Assembly (NCBI GenBank): GCA_036689225.1
Contig: CP144768.1
Span: forward strand, 60,001-92,000
Length of the DNA: 32,000 bases
Reading direction: 5' to 3'
Source: Candidatus Saccharimonadota bacterium
GTDB lineage: Bacteria > Pseudomonadota > Gammaproteobacteria > Enterobacterales > Enterobacteriaceae
This document shows, one piece after another, positions 13,902-24,762 of the stretch (positions within the stretch are counted from its first letter, which is position 1; every line of letters starts with the position of its first letter). The position numbers and the translations under genes were made by a program. The notes below the pieces were generated by a model, which saw nothing but the letters and a program-made list of their open reading frames with translations, did not search any database and had not been told where the DNA came from.

Positions 13902-14486
13902 TTAAAATAACATATATTTTGCTTTTGGATATATAATATAAATTTTTTTTTTATAAAAATTTTTTATTTTATTTTTAAATTGATAATTATTAACTATAAT
14001 TTTTATATTTTTTTTATATAAATTTTTAATTTTTTTTTTAAATTTTTTAAAACAATTATATTTTTTTATATATTTTTTTTTATTATTTATATTATTATAT
14101 GTAATAATATTATTTATATTATTATATATAATAATTGATATATTTTTATTTGTTATTTTTTTTATTTTTATATTTTTTAATATTATTTTGAAAGAGTTTA
14201 ATTTTATTATTTTAATTTTTTTATTTTTTAGTTTGAATATTTGTGCTATATTTAATGCTATTCTTGTTCCTATAATACTACCTGGTCCTTTATTTATTAA
14301 AAAATAATTTATTTTTTTTATTTTTATGTTGTTTTTTTTAAATATTTTATTTATTAATACTAATATATATTGATTTTTTTTTTTATTACTAAATTTATAT
14401 TTAGTAAATATTTTATTTTTATATTTTATTGCTACAGAATATAATTCTGTAGATATTTCTATTGCTATTATATTTTTATTAATCAT
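13902..14486 (-). CDS. tsaB: tRNA t6A37 threonylcarbamoyl-transfer protein TsaB (YeaZ)
   Basis: The 194-aa ORF has IIAIEISTELYSVAI (E. coli ILAIDTATEACSVAL) and GPGSIIGTRIALNIAQ (E. coli GPGSFTGVRIGIGIAQ). The C-terminal half is highly diverged. Confidence 0.7.
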   Translation of the reverse strand: MINKNIIAIEISTELYSVAIKYKNKIFTKYKFSNKKKNQYILVLINKIFKKNNIKIKKINYFLINKGPGSIIGTRIALNIAQIFKLKNKKIKIIKLNSFKIILKNIKIKKITNKNISIIIYNNINNIITYNNINNKKKYIKKYNCFKKFKKKIKNLYKKNIKIIVNNYQFKNKIKNFYKKKIYIIYPKAKYMLF

Positions 14487-14592
14487 TTATTTTTATATAT
14501 AAATTATATATATCTTTTAATATTTTTTGTTATATTATATAATAATATATATATTATAATAATTTTGTAAATTTTATATTTTTAATTTTAAA

Positions 14593-14982
14593 ATGAATAG
14601 TTTAAAATCAGATTCTTTAGGAAAAATTTTAGTTAAAGCAAGAAAATCTTTAAATTTATCTAAAAAAGATATATCTAAAAAATTATGTTTAAAATTAGAA
14701 ATTATTAATAATATAGAAAATGATATTTTATCTTTTTGTAAAATACCTAAAGTTTTTTTATATGGTTATATATATTCTTATGCACGTTTAGTTAATATTC
14801 CTAGAAGGAAAATACTTTTTTTTTTAAAAAAAAATAAAATTAATAGTTGTATAAATAGTAATTTTATTAATAAAATTTCTTATTTTAGTTTATTTATAAA
14901 TTTCATATATTTGAATCGTTTATATATTGTTAAATTATTAGTTTTAACTTTTTTATCATTTATTTATTTTTATGAATTTTAA
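14593..14982 (+). CDS. rodZ: Cytoskeleton protein RodZ, truncated form (HTH domain plus one transmembrane helix, no periplasmic domain)
   Basis: LGKILVKARKSLNLSKKDISKKLCLKLEIINNIEND...FLYGYIYSYARLVNIP aligns with E. coli RodZ [36 protein letters not shown]...FLRGYIRSYARLVHIP. A hydrophobic helix (LYIVKLLVLTFLSFIYFY) follows near the C-terminus. The stop is a genuine TAA at 14980-14982. The gene sits upstream of hisS, as in E. coli. Confidence 0.8.
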   Translation: MNSLKSDSLGKILVKARKSLNLSKKDISKKLCLKLEIINNIENDILSFCKIPKVFLYGYIYSYARLVNIPRRKILFFLKKNKINSCINSNFINKISYFSLFINFIYLNRLYIVKLLVLTFLSFIYFYEF

Positions 14983-15006
14983 TTATTTTATATATTATAT
15001 TAATAT

Positions 15007-16308
15007 ATGTGTAAATTAAAAGTGAAATCTTTAAAAGGTATGCATGATTATTTTTTTGAAAATATTTATTTAATTAATTATATAAAAAAAAGATTTAAAA
15101 AAATTATTTCACGTTATTCTTTTGAGGAAATAATTTTTCCAATATTAGAAAATAATTTTTTATTTACTAAATGTATAAGTAAAGATTGTAATCTTTTTTA
15201 TAAAGAAATGTATTCTTTTTTAGATAAAAAAAATATTTTTATAAGTTTAAGACCTGAAGGTACTGTAGGATGTTTAAGAGCTTATATACAAAATAAATTA
15301 TATTTAAATAATTTTTTAAATAAATTTTGATATATAGGTCCTATGTTTAGATATGAAAATACACAGAAAGGACGTTTTAGACAATTTTATCAAATTGGAT
15401 TAGAATCTTATGGTAGTTTAAATTTTAATATGGATATTGAATTATTATTGATAATTAATGATTTTTTTAAAAGTGTAAATATTAATAAATTTTTAATTTT
15501 AGAAATAAATACTATTGGATCTTTAAATGATAGAAAAAAATATATTAATTTTATATATGAAAAATATAATAAAATTATTAATAATAAATTAAATATTAAT
15601 AAAAAAATTAATTATTTTAAATTAATAGATAATAAAAATAAAAATTTTTTTAAAATATTTAATAATATACCTAAATTTAAAAAGTTTATTAATAAAAATT
15701 CTTTAAATAATTTTTATAATTTATGTAATAAATTAGATTTTTTAAATATAAATTATAAAATTAATTATAATTTAGTTAGAGGTATAGATTATTATAATGA
15801 TTTTGTTTTTGAATGAAAAATAAAATCAAAGTATATTAATAATAATAATAAAACTAATACTATTTGTGCTGGTGGAAGATATGATTTTCTTTCTAAAAAT
15901 ATATCTAGTTTATTTATACCTGCTGTAGGATGTTCTTTAGGTTTAGAAAGATTATTTATTTTTTTAAAAGATTTAAATAAAAAAAATATAAAAAAAAAAA
16001 ATATTGATATATATATTATATCATCTTATAATGATAAATCTAGATTATTAGGAATGTTTATATTTAAAGAAATATTAAATTCTAATTTAAATAATATTAA
16101 AATTTTTAATGATCATAAATTTTATAATAAAAATTTAAATAATGTTATTAAAATGGTAATAAAAAATAATGTACGTATATTAATTATTATAGATAAAAAA
16201 GAAATAAAATATAATTATATAACTATTAAAGATTTATATTTTAATAAACAAAAAAGAATAAATAAATTTTCTGTATTAAAAACTATAAATATTTTTTTAA
16301 AATTATAA
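15007..16308 (+). CDS. hisS: Histidyl-tRNA synthetase
   Basis: Three ORF pieces (15007.., 15343.., 16054..) share one frame. The TGA at 15328-15330 gives FWYIGPMFRYE (E. coli LWYIGPMFRHE). The TGA at 15814-15816 gives VFEW (E. coli VFEW). Other matches are LRPEGT, GRFRQFYQ, CAGGRYD and GLERL. The product is 433 aa. Confidence 0.93.
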
Positions 16309-16314
16309 TTTTTT

Positions 16315-17730
16315 ATGTTAACTATAGCTATAGTAGGAAATTTTAATGTAGGAAAAACAAGTTTGTTTAATTTTTTAACTAATACTAATTTTTCATTTTC
16401 TAATAATTATAAATATTTTACTTTAGATTATAATTATGGTTTTTTAGATTATAATTATATTAAATTTAATAATAATATTATTTTAATTGATACTAATAGT
16501 ATTGAAAAAAAGGTTTTTAAAAAAAATAAAAATAATAATAATATTTTATTACATTTTAAAAAAAAATTTTTATATTTAATTAAAAATGTGAATTTTATTT
16601 TTTTTTTAGTTGATTCTCATATTATTACAGATAAAGATAAATATTTATCAAGATATTTATTTAAATTTAATAAAAATATAATTCTTTTATTAACTAAAAA
16701 AGATTTAAATATTAATTCAATATTAAATAAGAAATATTTTTATTGTTTAAAAGTTAATAATATATATTATATTTCTATATATGATAAATATAGTATATAT
16801 AAATTATTAAATGATTTATTAAATAAAAAAAAAATAGAAAATAAAAATTTAAATTTTTATATAAGTAATATAAATTATTGTGTTAATTTAGATAAAAATT
16901 ATTATATACATAAAAAATATTTATTAAATAATAAAAATAATATATATAATTATAAAATTATAAAATTTATTATATTAGGAAAGGATAATGTTGGTAAATC
17001 TAGTTTATTAAATTTATTTTGTAATAAATATAGATCTGTTATATCTAATGTATCTGGATGTACAAAAGATTTTATAATGTCATTATATAAATATAATAGT
17101 AATTTTTATTATTTAATTAGTGATTCTCCTGGTTTATGTAAAAATAAATATTATTATAATGAAATAATTTCTATAGTTAATTTAAATTTTAAAATAATTT
17201 TATATGTTATAGATATTAATTTAAATATTTCTAAATTTGATTTAAATATATTAAATTTTTTTTTTAAAAAAGGTAAATATATATTATTATTATTTAATAA
17301 ATGTGATAATGTAAATAATAATTTTTTAAAAATATATAAAAATAATTTAATTAAAAAATATGATTTTATGAAATATATTAATATATATTTTTTATCTTGT
17401 ATAAATTGTAATTTTAATATTTTAAATAAATTATTTAAAGATATATATTTAAATTATATTAATATTTTTTTAAATTGTTTAGATAATTTTAAAGTAAATT
17501 GTATTTTAAAAAAATTTAATAAAAATCAAAATAATTTGATTTTTAATTTAAAATATGCTTTTATTTATAAATATTATCCTTTAATAATATGAATATGTGG
17601 AAATAAAATTAATATGATTAATAATTCTTATAAAAAATATTTATTAAATTTTTATATGAATCAATTAAATTATAAAGGTTTTAAAATATTTTTAAAATTT
17701 AAAGAAATATATAATAATTGTAAAAATTAA
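16315..17730 (+). CDS. der: Ribosome-biogenesis GTPase Der (EngA), with two GTPase domains plus a KH-like domain
   Basis: The two P-loops are GNFNVGKTS and GKDNVGKSS. ORF 16315..17592 reads through TGA at 17590-17592 to TAA at 17728-17730. The C-terminal NSYKKYLLNFYMNQL...IFLKFKE matches E. coli DSYKRYLMNYFRKSL...IRIQFKEG. The product is 471 aa. Confidence 0.85.
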
Positions 17731-17732
17731 GT

Positions 17733-18143
17733 AAATATTTAATAGACAATCGCTATTTATATTAAATTAAGTAGAGGAAAGTCCGGACTCCATAGGATAA
17801 GATGCCAGTTAATATCTGGAAAAATATTTATTTTATGAATAGTGCAACAGAAAATAACCGCCTATTTTAAAATTGGTAAGGGTGAAAAAGTATGGTAAGA
17901 GCATACTATATATTGTAGTAATATAATATATGTGTAAACTCCATCTGGAGCAAAGCTAAATATAAAAATTAAGATATTTATATTTATTTATATAAATAAT
18001 ATAATACAATGTATTTTTCCTTACATATATTTTATTTTTTATGGTAAGCTGCTTGAATTAATAAGTGATTATTAATCTAGATAAATGATTGTCTTTATTT
18101 TAAAATAAATAAACAGAATCCGGCTTATAATTAAATATTAATT
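17733..18143 (+). ncRNA. rnpB: RNase P RNA (M1 RNA, bacterial type A). The ends are approximate, within a few nt.
   Basis: This is a GC-enriched island carrying the universal core blocks:
- GAGGAAAGTCCGGACTCCATAGG
- AGTGCAACAGAAAATAACCGCC
- GGTAAGGGTGAAA
- GGTAAGAGC
- GTAAACTCCATCTGGAGCAA
- GGTAAGCTGCTTGA
- CTAGATAAATGATTGTC
- ACAGAATCCGGCTTAT
P1 can form between 17734-17743 (AATATTTAAT) and 18130-18139 (ATTAAATATT). P2 pairs AGACAATC with GATTGTCT. Confidence 0.93.
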
Positions 18144-18164
18144 TTTTAATTAAATTGATAATAT

Positions 18165-19556
18165 ATGTTAAAAATATTTAATACTTTAAATAATAAAAAA
18201 GAATTTTTAAATTTTAATAATAAAAAAATAATAAATTTATATGTTTGTGGTGTTACTGTATCTGATTATTGTCATATTGGTCATGCTAGAACATTTTATT
18301 TTTTTGATATTTTAATAAAATATTTAAAATATTTAAATTATAAATGTAATTATATTAGAAATATAACTGATATTGATGATAAAATAATTTTAAATTCATA
18401 TAAATATAATATTTCTATTAAAAATTTTTCTAATTTAATGATTTTAAATATGAATAAAGATTTTAAAGATTTAGATTTTAAAAAACCTAATTTTGAACCA
18501 AAAATAAGTAATTATATAAATTTAATAATTTTTTTTATAAAAAAATTAATTAAAGATAATTATGCTTATATTTCATATAATGGTGATGTTTTATTTAATA
18601 TTAAAAAAATTAAAAATTATGGTATGAATATATTAAAAAATTTTAATATTATTAAAAATAATATTAATAATAGTAATTTTGTTTTATGAAAATTAAATAT
18701 AAATTCTAAAATAAAATATTTTGGTTGAAATTCTCCTTGAGGTATAGGTAGACCTGGATGACATATTGAATGTTCTATTATGAGTTATAAATATTTAAAA
18801 AATATTGATATTCATGGTGGTGGTTTAGATTTAATTTTTCCTCATCATGAAAATGAATTTATATTATCTAAATGTTTATTTAAAAATAAATATTTAGTTA
18901 AATATTGAATGCATACTGGTATGGTTATAAATAATATGGGTAAATTATCTAAATCTAAAAATAATTTTTTTAAAATAAAAAATTTATTAAAAATTTATCA
19001 TCCCGATATTATAAAATTTTTTCTTATGTCTACTCATTATAGAAAAAATTTAAATTTTAATTTTTTTGATTTAAATAAAGCTAAATTATGTATAAATAAA
19101 ATTTATTTTTCGTTAAGAAATTTAGATTTAAATATATCTTTGTTAGATAAAGATATATTTTTTTTAAAAAAATTTGATTATTATTTTAATTTATATATGA
19201 ATAATGATTTTAATATACCTAAAATATATTGCTTATTTTTTAATATGATTAATAAAATTAATATTTTAAAAAAAAAAAAAAATTATATTTTAGCTAGTAA
19301 AATAGGTATTAAACTTAAAAGATTTGCTAATTTATTAGGTTTATTAAATGATGATAGTATAAATTATTTTTTAAATAAAAAAAATAAATTAAAAAAAAAA
19401 ATTTTTATAATTAAAATTAATAAATTTATTAATTTACGTAATAAAGCTCGTTTATTAAAAAAATGAAAATTAGCAGATTGAATAAGAAATAGATTATTAA
19501 AGAATAATATTTCTATAGAAGATAATGAAGATATTACTAATTGATATTTCAATTAA
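18165..19556 (+). CDS. cysS: Cysteinyl-tRNA synthetase
   Basis: The gene starts MLKIFNTL, identical to the E. coli start. It has the HIGH-type motif [18 protein letters not shown] with W encoded by TGA, and KLSKS (KMSKS). ORFs 18165.. and 18909.. share a frame. Read-through of several TGA codons reaches TAA at 19554-19556 (463 aa). Confidence 0.93.
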
Positions 19557-20406
19557 TATTTTTTTTATATATTTTAATAATATTTTTTAATAATATAGAT
19601 ATTGTCATAGGTCCTACTCCTCCGGGAATAGGAGTAATATATTTTATTTTTTTTATTATTTTATTATTTAATTTTATATCTCCTTTTATTTTATTATTTT
19701 TGATATTAAATCCTATATCTATAATTATACAATTTTTTTTAATATTTTTAATAGAATATTTATTATATTTTCCTATTGCACTTACTAATAAATCAGAATT
19801 ATTTATATAATTATTAATATTTTTAGTTTTTTTATTTACTATTGTAATAGTACATCCATGATTAAATAATTCCATACTCATTGGTTTACCTACTAAATTT
19901 GATGATCCTATTATTAAAGCATTTAATCCTTTTAGTTTTATATTATTTATTTTTAATAATTTTATTACTCCATATGATGTACATGATCTTATATAAGGAT
20001 TTCCTTGACATAATTTACCTATATTATATGGATGTATTCCATCTACATCTTTATTATAATTAATATGATTAATTATTTTATTTGTATTTATTTTTTTTGG
20101 TAGTGGAAGTTGTATTAGTAAACAATCAATATTTTTATTTTTATTTATTTGTTTTATTTTTTTTATTATTATTTTTTCATTAATATATTTATTGTAGTTA
20201 TATATTTTATATTTTATATTAGTATATTTAAAATATTTACATTTTTGGTTTATATAAATTATTGATGATTTATTTTTTCCTATATTTATTATATTTATAT
20301 TAGGTTTTCTATATTTTTTTTTTTTAAAATATTTTATTTCTTTTTTTATTTTTTTTTTTGTTAAATTAAGATATTTTTTACCATATAAAAATTTATATTT
20401 TTTCAT
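19537..20406 (-). CDS. folD: Bifunctional methylene-THF dehydrogenase / methenyl-THF cyclohydrolase
   Basis: Matches include LLIQLPLP, KDVDGIHPYNIGKL, IIGSSNLVGKPMSMEL and TPIPGGVGPMTI. The track ORF ends at TGA (19549-19551). Read as Trp, the frame runs three more codons to TAG at 19537-19539 (289 aa). Confidence 0.92.
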
Positions 20407-20412
20407 TTTAAT

Positions 20413-20445
20413 TTGACTTTTATATTATATTAATGTTAGTATAAT
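20413..20445 (+). promoter_or_regulatory. Candidate promoter for tRNA-Arg: TTGACT-N18-TAGTAT, overlapping a TATAAT
   Basis: The near-consensus -35 TTGACT lies at 20413-20418. TAGTAT lies at 20437-20442 and TATAAT at 20440-20445, about 20 nt upstream of the mature tRNA 5' end. The -10 is weak evidence in this AT-rich background. Confidence 0.3.
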
Positions 20446-20462
20446 TATATTTTTTTTAAAAA

Positions 20463-20535
20463 GCGCTCTTAGCTCAGTGGATAGAGCAACAGCCTTCTAA
20501 GCTGTAGGTCACAGGTTCAAATCCTGTAGAGCGTG
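20463..20535 (+). tRNA. tRNA-Arg, anticodon UCU (reads AGA/AGG)
   Basis: The 73-nt cloverleaf folds by hand as GCGCTCT/TA/GCTC-AGTGGATA-GAGC/A/ACAGC-CTTCTAA-GCTGT/AGGTC/ACAGG-TTCAAAT-CCTGT/AGAGCGT/G. The anticodon TCT lies at 20496-20498. It closely resembles E. coli argU. No 3' CCA is encoded (TTT follows). Confidence 0.93.
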
Positions 20536-20537
20536 TT

Positions 20538-22880
20538 TTATTTTTTTTTAAAAGGATTTTTTTCAAGTGAAATTTTTAATACTTGTTTAATATTTTTTAA
20601 ACAATAAATTTTTATTTTTTTTTTTATTTTTTTTGGTATTTCTTCTAAATTTTTTTTATTTCCATAAGGAATTATTATATTTGTAATTTTTTCTTTAATA
20701 GATGCTAATATTTTTTCTTTTAATCCTCCTATAGGAAGTATGTTTCCATGTAAAGTTATTTCTCCAGTCATAGATATATTTTTTCTTACAAAAATTTTTG
20801 TTAAAGTTGATATAATTGATGTACAAATTGTTATTCCTGCACTTGGTCCATCTTTAGGTATAGCTCCTTCTGGAACATGTACATGTATATCTTTATTAAA
20901 ATAGAAATTTTTTTTGATATTTAATTTTTTATATAATGATTTAACTACTGTTAATGATATTTTTATAGATTCTTTCATTACTTTTCCAAGGGATCCTGTA
21001 TATATTAATTTTCCTTTTCCTGGAGTACATAATGTTTCTATTAATAATATTTCTCCTCCCATTTCAGTTCATGCTAATCCTATTACTTGTCCTATTTTAT
21101 TTTTTTTATATATTTTTTCTTTATAAAATTTTTTTATACCTAAATATTTTTTTATATTTTTTTTATTTATTTTTATATTTTTACATTTTTTATTAATTGT
21201 TATTTTTTTAACTGTTTTTCTACATATTTTAGCTATTTCTCTTTCTAAAGATCTTACTCCTGATTCTTTTGTATAATATTTTATTATTTTTATTATTACA
21301 TTATTATTTATTTTTAATTCATTTTTTTTTAAAAAATTATTTTTTATTTGTTTAGGTATTAGATATTTTTTTGCTATATTAATTTTTTCGTATTCATTAT
21401 ATCCAGATAATTTAATTATTTCCATTCTATCTAATAATGGTATAGAAATATTATTAATTGAATTAGCTGTAGCTATGAACATTATTTTTGATAAATCATA
21501 ATCTATTTCTATATAATGATCATTAAAATAATTATTTTGTTCTGGATCTAATACTTCTAGTAATGCAGATGATGGATCACCTCTTATATCAGAAGATATT
21601 TTATCAATTTCGTCTAATAAAAATAATGGGTTTTTTACTTTTGATTTTGTTATTTTTTGTATTATTTTACCTGGCATAGATCCTATATAAGTTTTTCTAT
21701 GTCCTCTTATTTCTGCTTCATCTTTAATTCCTCCTAATGACATTTTAATATATTTTCTTCCAGTTGCTTTTGCTATAGATTTTCCTAAAGAAGTTTTACC
21801 TACCCCTGGTGGTCCTATAAAACATAATATTGGACCTTTTATTTTATTAGATCTATTTTGTACAGCTAAATATTCTAAAATTCTTTCTTTTATATGTTTT
21901 AATCCATAATGATCTTTATCTAATATTTTTTTTGCTTTATTTAAGTTTTTTTTTATTTTAGTTTCTTTGTATCATGGTATTTGTATAATTCAATCTATAT
22001 AACTTCTTATTACTGTAGCTTCTGCAGATAATGGAGACATTATTTTTAATTTTTTTGATTCTAATTTTATTTTTTTTTTTATTTCATTTGGTAATTTTAA
22101 TTTTTTAATTTTTTTTTTTAATATATCATATTCATTTAAATTTTTATTTTTATTGTTAAGTTCTTTTTGTATAGCTTTTATTTTTTCATTTAAATAATAT
22201 TTTTTTTGATTTTTTTCTATTTGTTTTTTTATTCTTTTTTTTATTTTTTTTTCTATTTTTAAAAATTCTATTTCTGATTGAATTATTAATAGAATATATT
22301 TTAATATTTTATTTATTTCTGATAATTCTAATATATATTGTTTATGTTTTAATTTTATTGGTAAATGTGTTGAAATAATATTTGTAAATTTTTCTATATT
22401 ATTTATATTATTTAATGAATTTAATATTTCTATAGGTATTTTTTTATTTAAATTAATATAATATTTAAATTGATTTTTTATTGTTTTTACTAAAATATTT
22501 TGTTTTTTAATATTTTTTTTTTTTATTTTAATTTTTTTAATAAATCCTATAAAATATTTTCCTTTATCTTGTATTTCTATTATTTTAGCTCTATATATTC
22601 CTTCAACTAATATTTTAACTGTATTATCAGGTAATTTTATCATTTGTAATATATTTGATAATGTTCCTATATTATATAAATCTTTTATATTTGGATCATT
22701 ATCAAAAGGGTTTTTTTGAGCTACTAACATAATTTGTTTATTTTGTTTTATAGATAATTTTAAACAAAATATAGATTTTTTTCTTCCTATAAAAAGAGGT
22801 ATAATTGTATTAGGATATATAATTATATCTCTTAATGGTAGAATTGGAATCTCAATATTTTTTTGAGATTTTATATGCAT
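20538..22880 (-). CDS. lon: ATP-dependent Lon protease
   Basis: Three ORF pieces share one frame. TGA codons fall on E. coli YIDW, VPW and GLAW. Hand translation of the 21744-21989 gap gives the Walker A motif [11 protein letters not shown]. The catalytic motif PKDGPSAGI is present. The stop is TAA at 20538-20540 (780 aa). Confidence 0.95.
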
Positions 22881-22883
22881 ATT

Positions 22884-24101
22884 TTATTCCTTTATTTTTT
22901 TAAATATAATTTTAGGTTTTTTATTTTTTTTTATTGTATTTTTATTTATTATTATTTTTTTTATATTTTTTTCTGATGGACAAGTATACATAATATTTTT
23001 TAAAATATTTTCTATTATATTTTTTAAACTTCTAGCACCTATTTTTTTTTTAATTGATTTTTTTACTATTTCTTTAAGAGATTTTTTTGTAAATATTAAT
23101 TCTATATTTTCTAATTTAAATAAATATTTATAATATTTTATTATAGAATTTTTAGGTTTAATTAATATTTTAAATAAAGAATTTTTATTTAATTTATTTA
23201 ATTTTATTATTATTGGTATTCTTCCTATAAATTCTGGTATTAATCCAAAATTTATTAAATCTTTTGTTTCTATATTTTTATTATAATAATTATTTTTTTT
23301 TTTATTTAAATTAGCATTAAAACCAATATTATTATAATTATTTAATCTTTTATCTATAATTTTATTTATTCCATTAAATGTACCACTACATATAAATAAT
23401 ATATTTTTTGTATTTATAGGTATATAATTATCTTGAGGATGTTTTCTACCTCCTTTTGGAGGTATATATACTATACTTCCTTCTATCATTTTTAATAATG
23501 ATTGTTGAACTCCTTCACCTGATACATCTCTAGTTATGGATATATTTTTTGATTTTTTTGCAATTTTATCTATTTCATCTATAAAAATTATACCGTTTTC
23601 TGTTTTTTTTATATCAAAATTACATTTTTGTAATAAATTATATATAATATTTTCAACATCTTCTCCAACATATCCTGCTTCTGTAAATCTTGTAGCATCT
23701 GTTATACAAATTGGAATATTAAATTCTTTTTCTATTATTTCTGCTAATAATGTTTTACCACAACCAGTTGGACCTATTAATAATATATTAGATTTATTTA
23801 AAGTATATTTATAATTATTATCATTAATAATTTTATAATGATTATATATTGTTGTAGATATTATTTTTTTTGCATCATTTTGATTTATAATATATTTATC
23901 TAATATATTTTTTATATTTATAGGTTTATATTTATTTATATTAAAATATATATATTTTTTTTTATTATTTTTATTTTTTTTATTAAAAAAACATATACAA
24001 TTATTACATATATATATATTTTTATTTATTAAAATTTTTTTATTATTTTTTTTACATATTGAACAGTATATTTTTTTATTAATTTTATTTTCTATATTCA
24101 T
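22884..24101 (-). CDS. clpX: ATP-dependent Clp protease ATP-binding subunit ClpX
   Basis: This is a single 405-aa ORF. It has an N-terminal C4 zinc motif (CSICKK...CNNC), a Walker A motif (GPTGCGKT), and the segments [13 protein letters not shown] and [14 protein letters not shown]. Confidence 0.96.
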   Translation of the reverse strand: MNIENKINKKIYCSICKKNNKKILINKNIYICNNCICFFNKKNKNNKKKYIYFNINKYKPINIKNILDKYIINQNDAKKIISTTIYNHYKIINDNNYKYTLNKSNILLIGPTGCGKTLLAEIIEKEFNIPICITDATRFTEAGYVGEDVENIIYNLLQKCNFDIKKTENGIIFIDEIDKIAKKSKNISITRDVSGEGVQQSLLKMIEGSIVYIPPKGGRKHPQDNYIPINTKNILFICSGTFNGINKIIDKRLNNYNNIGFNANLNKKKNNYYNKNIETKDLINFGLIPEFIGRIPIIIKLNKLNKNSLFKILIKPKNSIIKYYKYLFKLENIELIFTKKSLKEIVKKSIKKKIGARSLKNIIENILKNIMYTCPSEKNIKKIIINKNTIKKNKKPKIIFKKIKE

Positions 24102-24111
24102 ATTAAATTTT

Positions 24112-24717
24112 TTAATTTTTTTTTTTAATAAAATATTTACGTTTAGTTAATATTTTATCTATTATTCCATATTTTAGTGCCTCTTTTGGTGATAAAAATT
24201 TATCTCTTTCTGTATCTGTTTTAACTTTATTATATTTTTGTCCAGTATTATTAGAAAGTAATTTAGTAATTTTTTTTTTAATTTTAATTATTTCTTTTAC
24301 TTGTATTTTAATATCTGTAACTTGTCCTTTAAAATTTCCTAAAGGTTGATGTATCATAATTCTTGAATTAGGTAAACTAAATCTTTTATTTTTTTCTCCT
24401 GAAGATAATAATATTGCTGCCATTGAACATGCTTGACCTATACATATAGTATTTATTTTTGGTTGTATAAATTTCATAGTGTCATATATAGACATGCCTG
24501 AAGTTATAACTCCTCCTGGAGAATTTATATACATGTATATATCTTTTTTTTTATTTTGTGATTCTAAATATAGTAATTGTGTAATTATTATATTTGATAT
24601 TTCATCTTCTATATATCCTGTTAAAAATATAATTCTGTTATTTAATAATTTTGAATATATATTATATATGTTTTTATTTTCATTAAATATATTTTTATTT
24701 TTTTTATATAAATACAT
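24112..24717 (-). CDS. clpP: ATP-dependent Clp protease proteolytic subunit ClpP
   Basis: This is a single 201-aa ORF. It has [19 protein letters not shown], the catalytic Ser in GQACSMAA, the catalytic His in MIHQPLG, and DTERDKF. Confidence 0.96.
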   Translation of the reverse strand: MYLYKKNKNIFNENKNIYNIYSKLLNNRIIFLTGYIEDEISNIIITQLLYLESQNKKKDIYMYINSPGGVITSGMSIYDTMKFIQPKINTICIGQACSMAAILLSSGEKNKRFSLPNSRIMIHQPLGNFKGQVTDIKIQVKEIIKIKKKITKLLSNNTGQKYNKVKTDTERDKFLSPKEALKYGIIDKILTKRKYFIKKKN

Positions 24718-24762
24718 AAATTTTATTTTTATTTTTAATTAATATTATATATATAATATATA

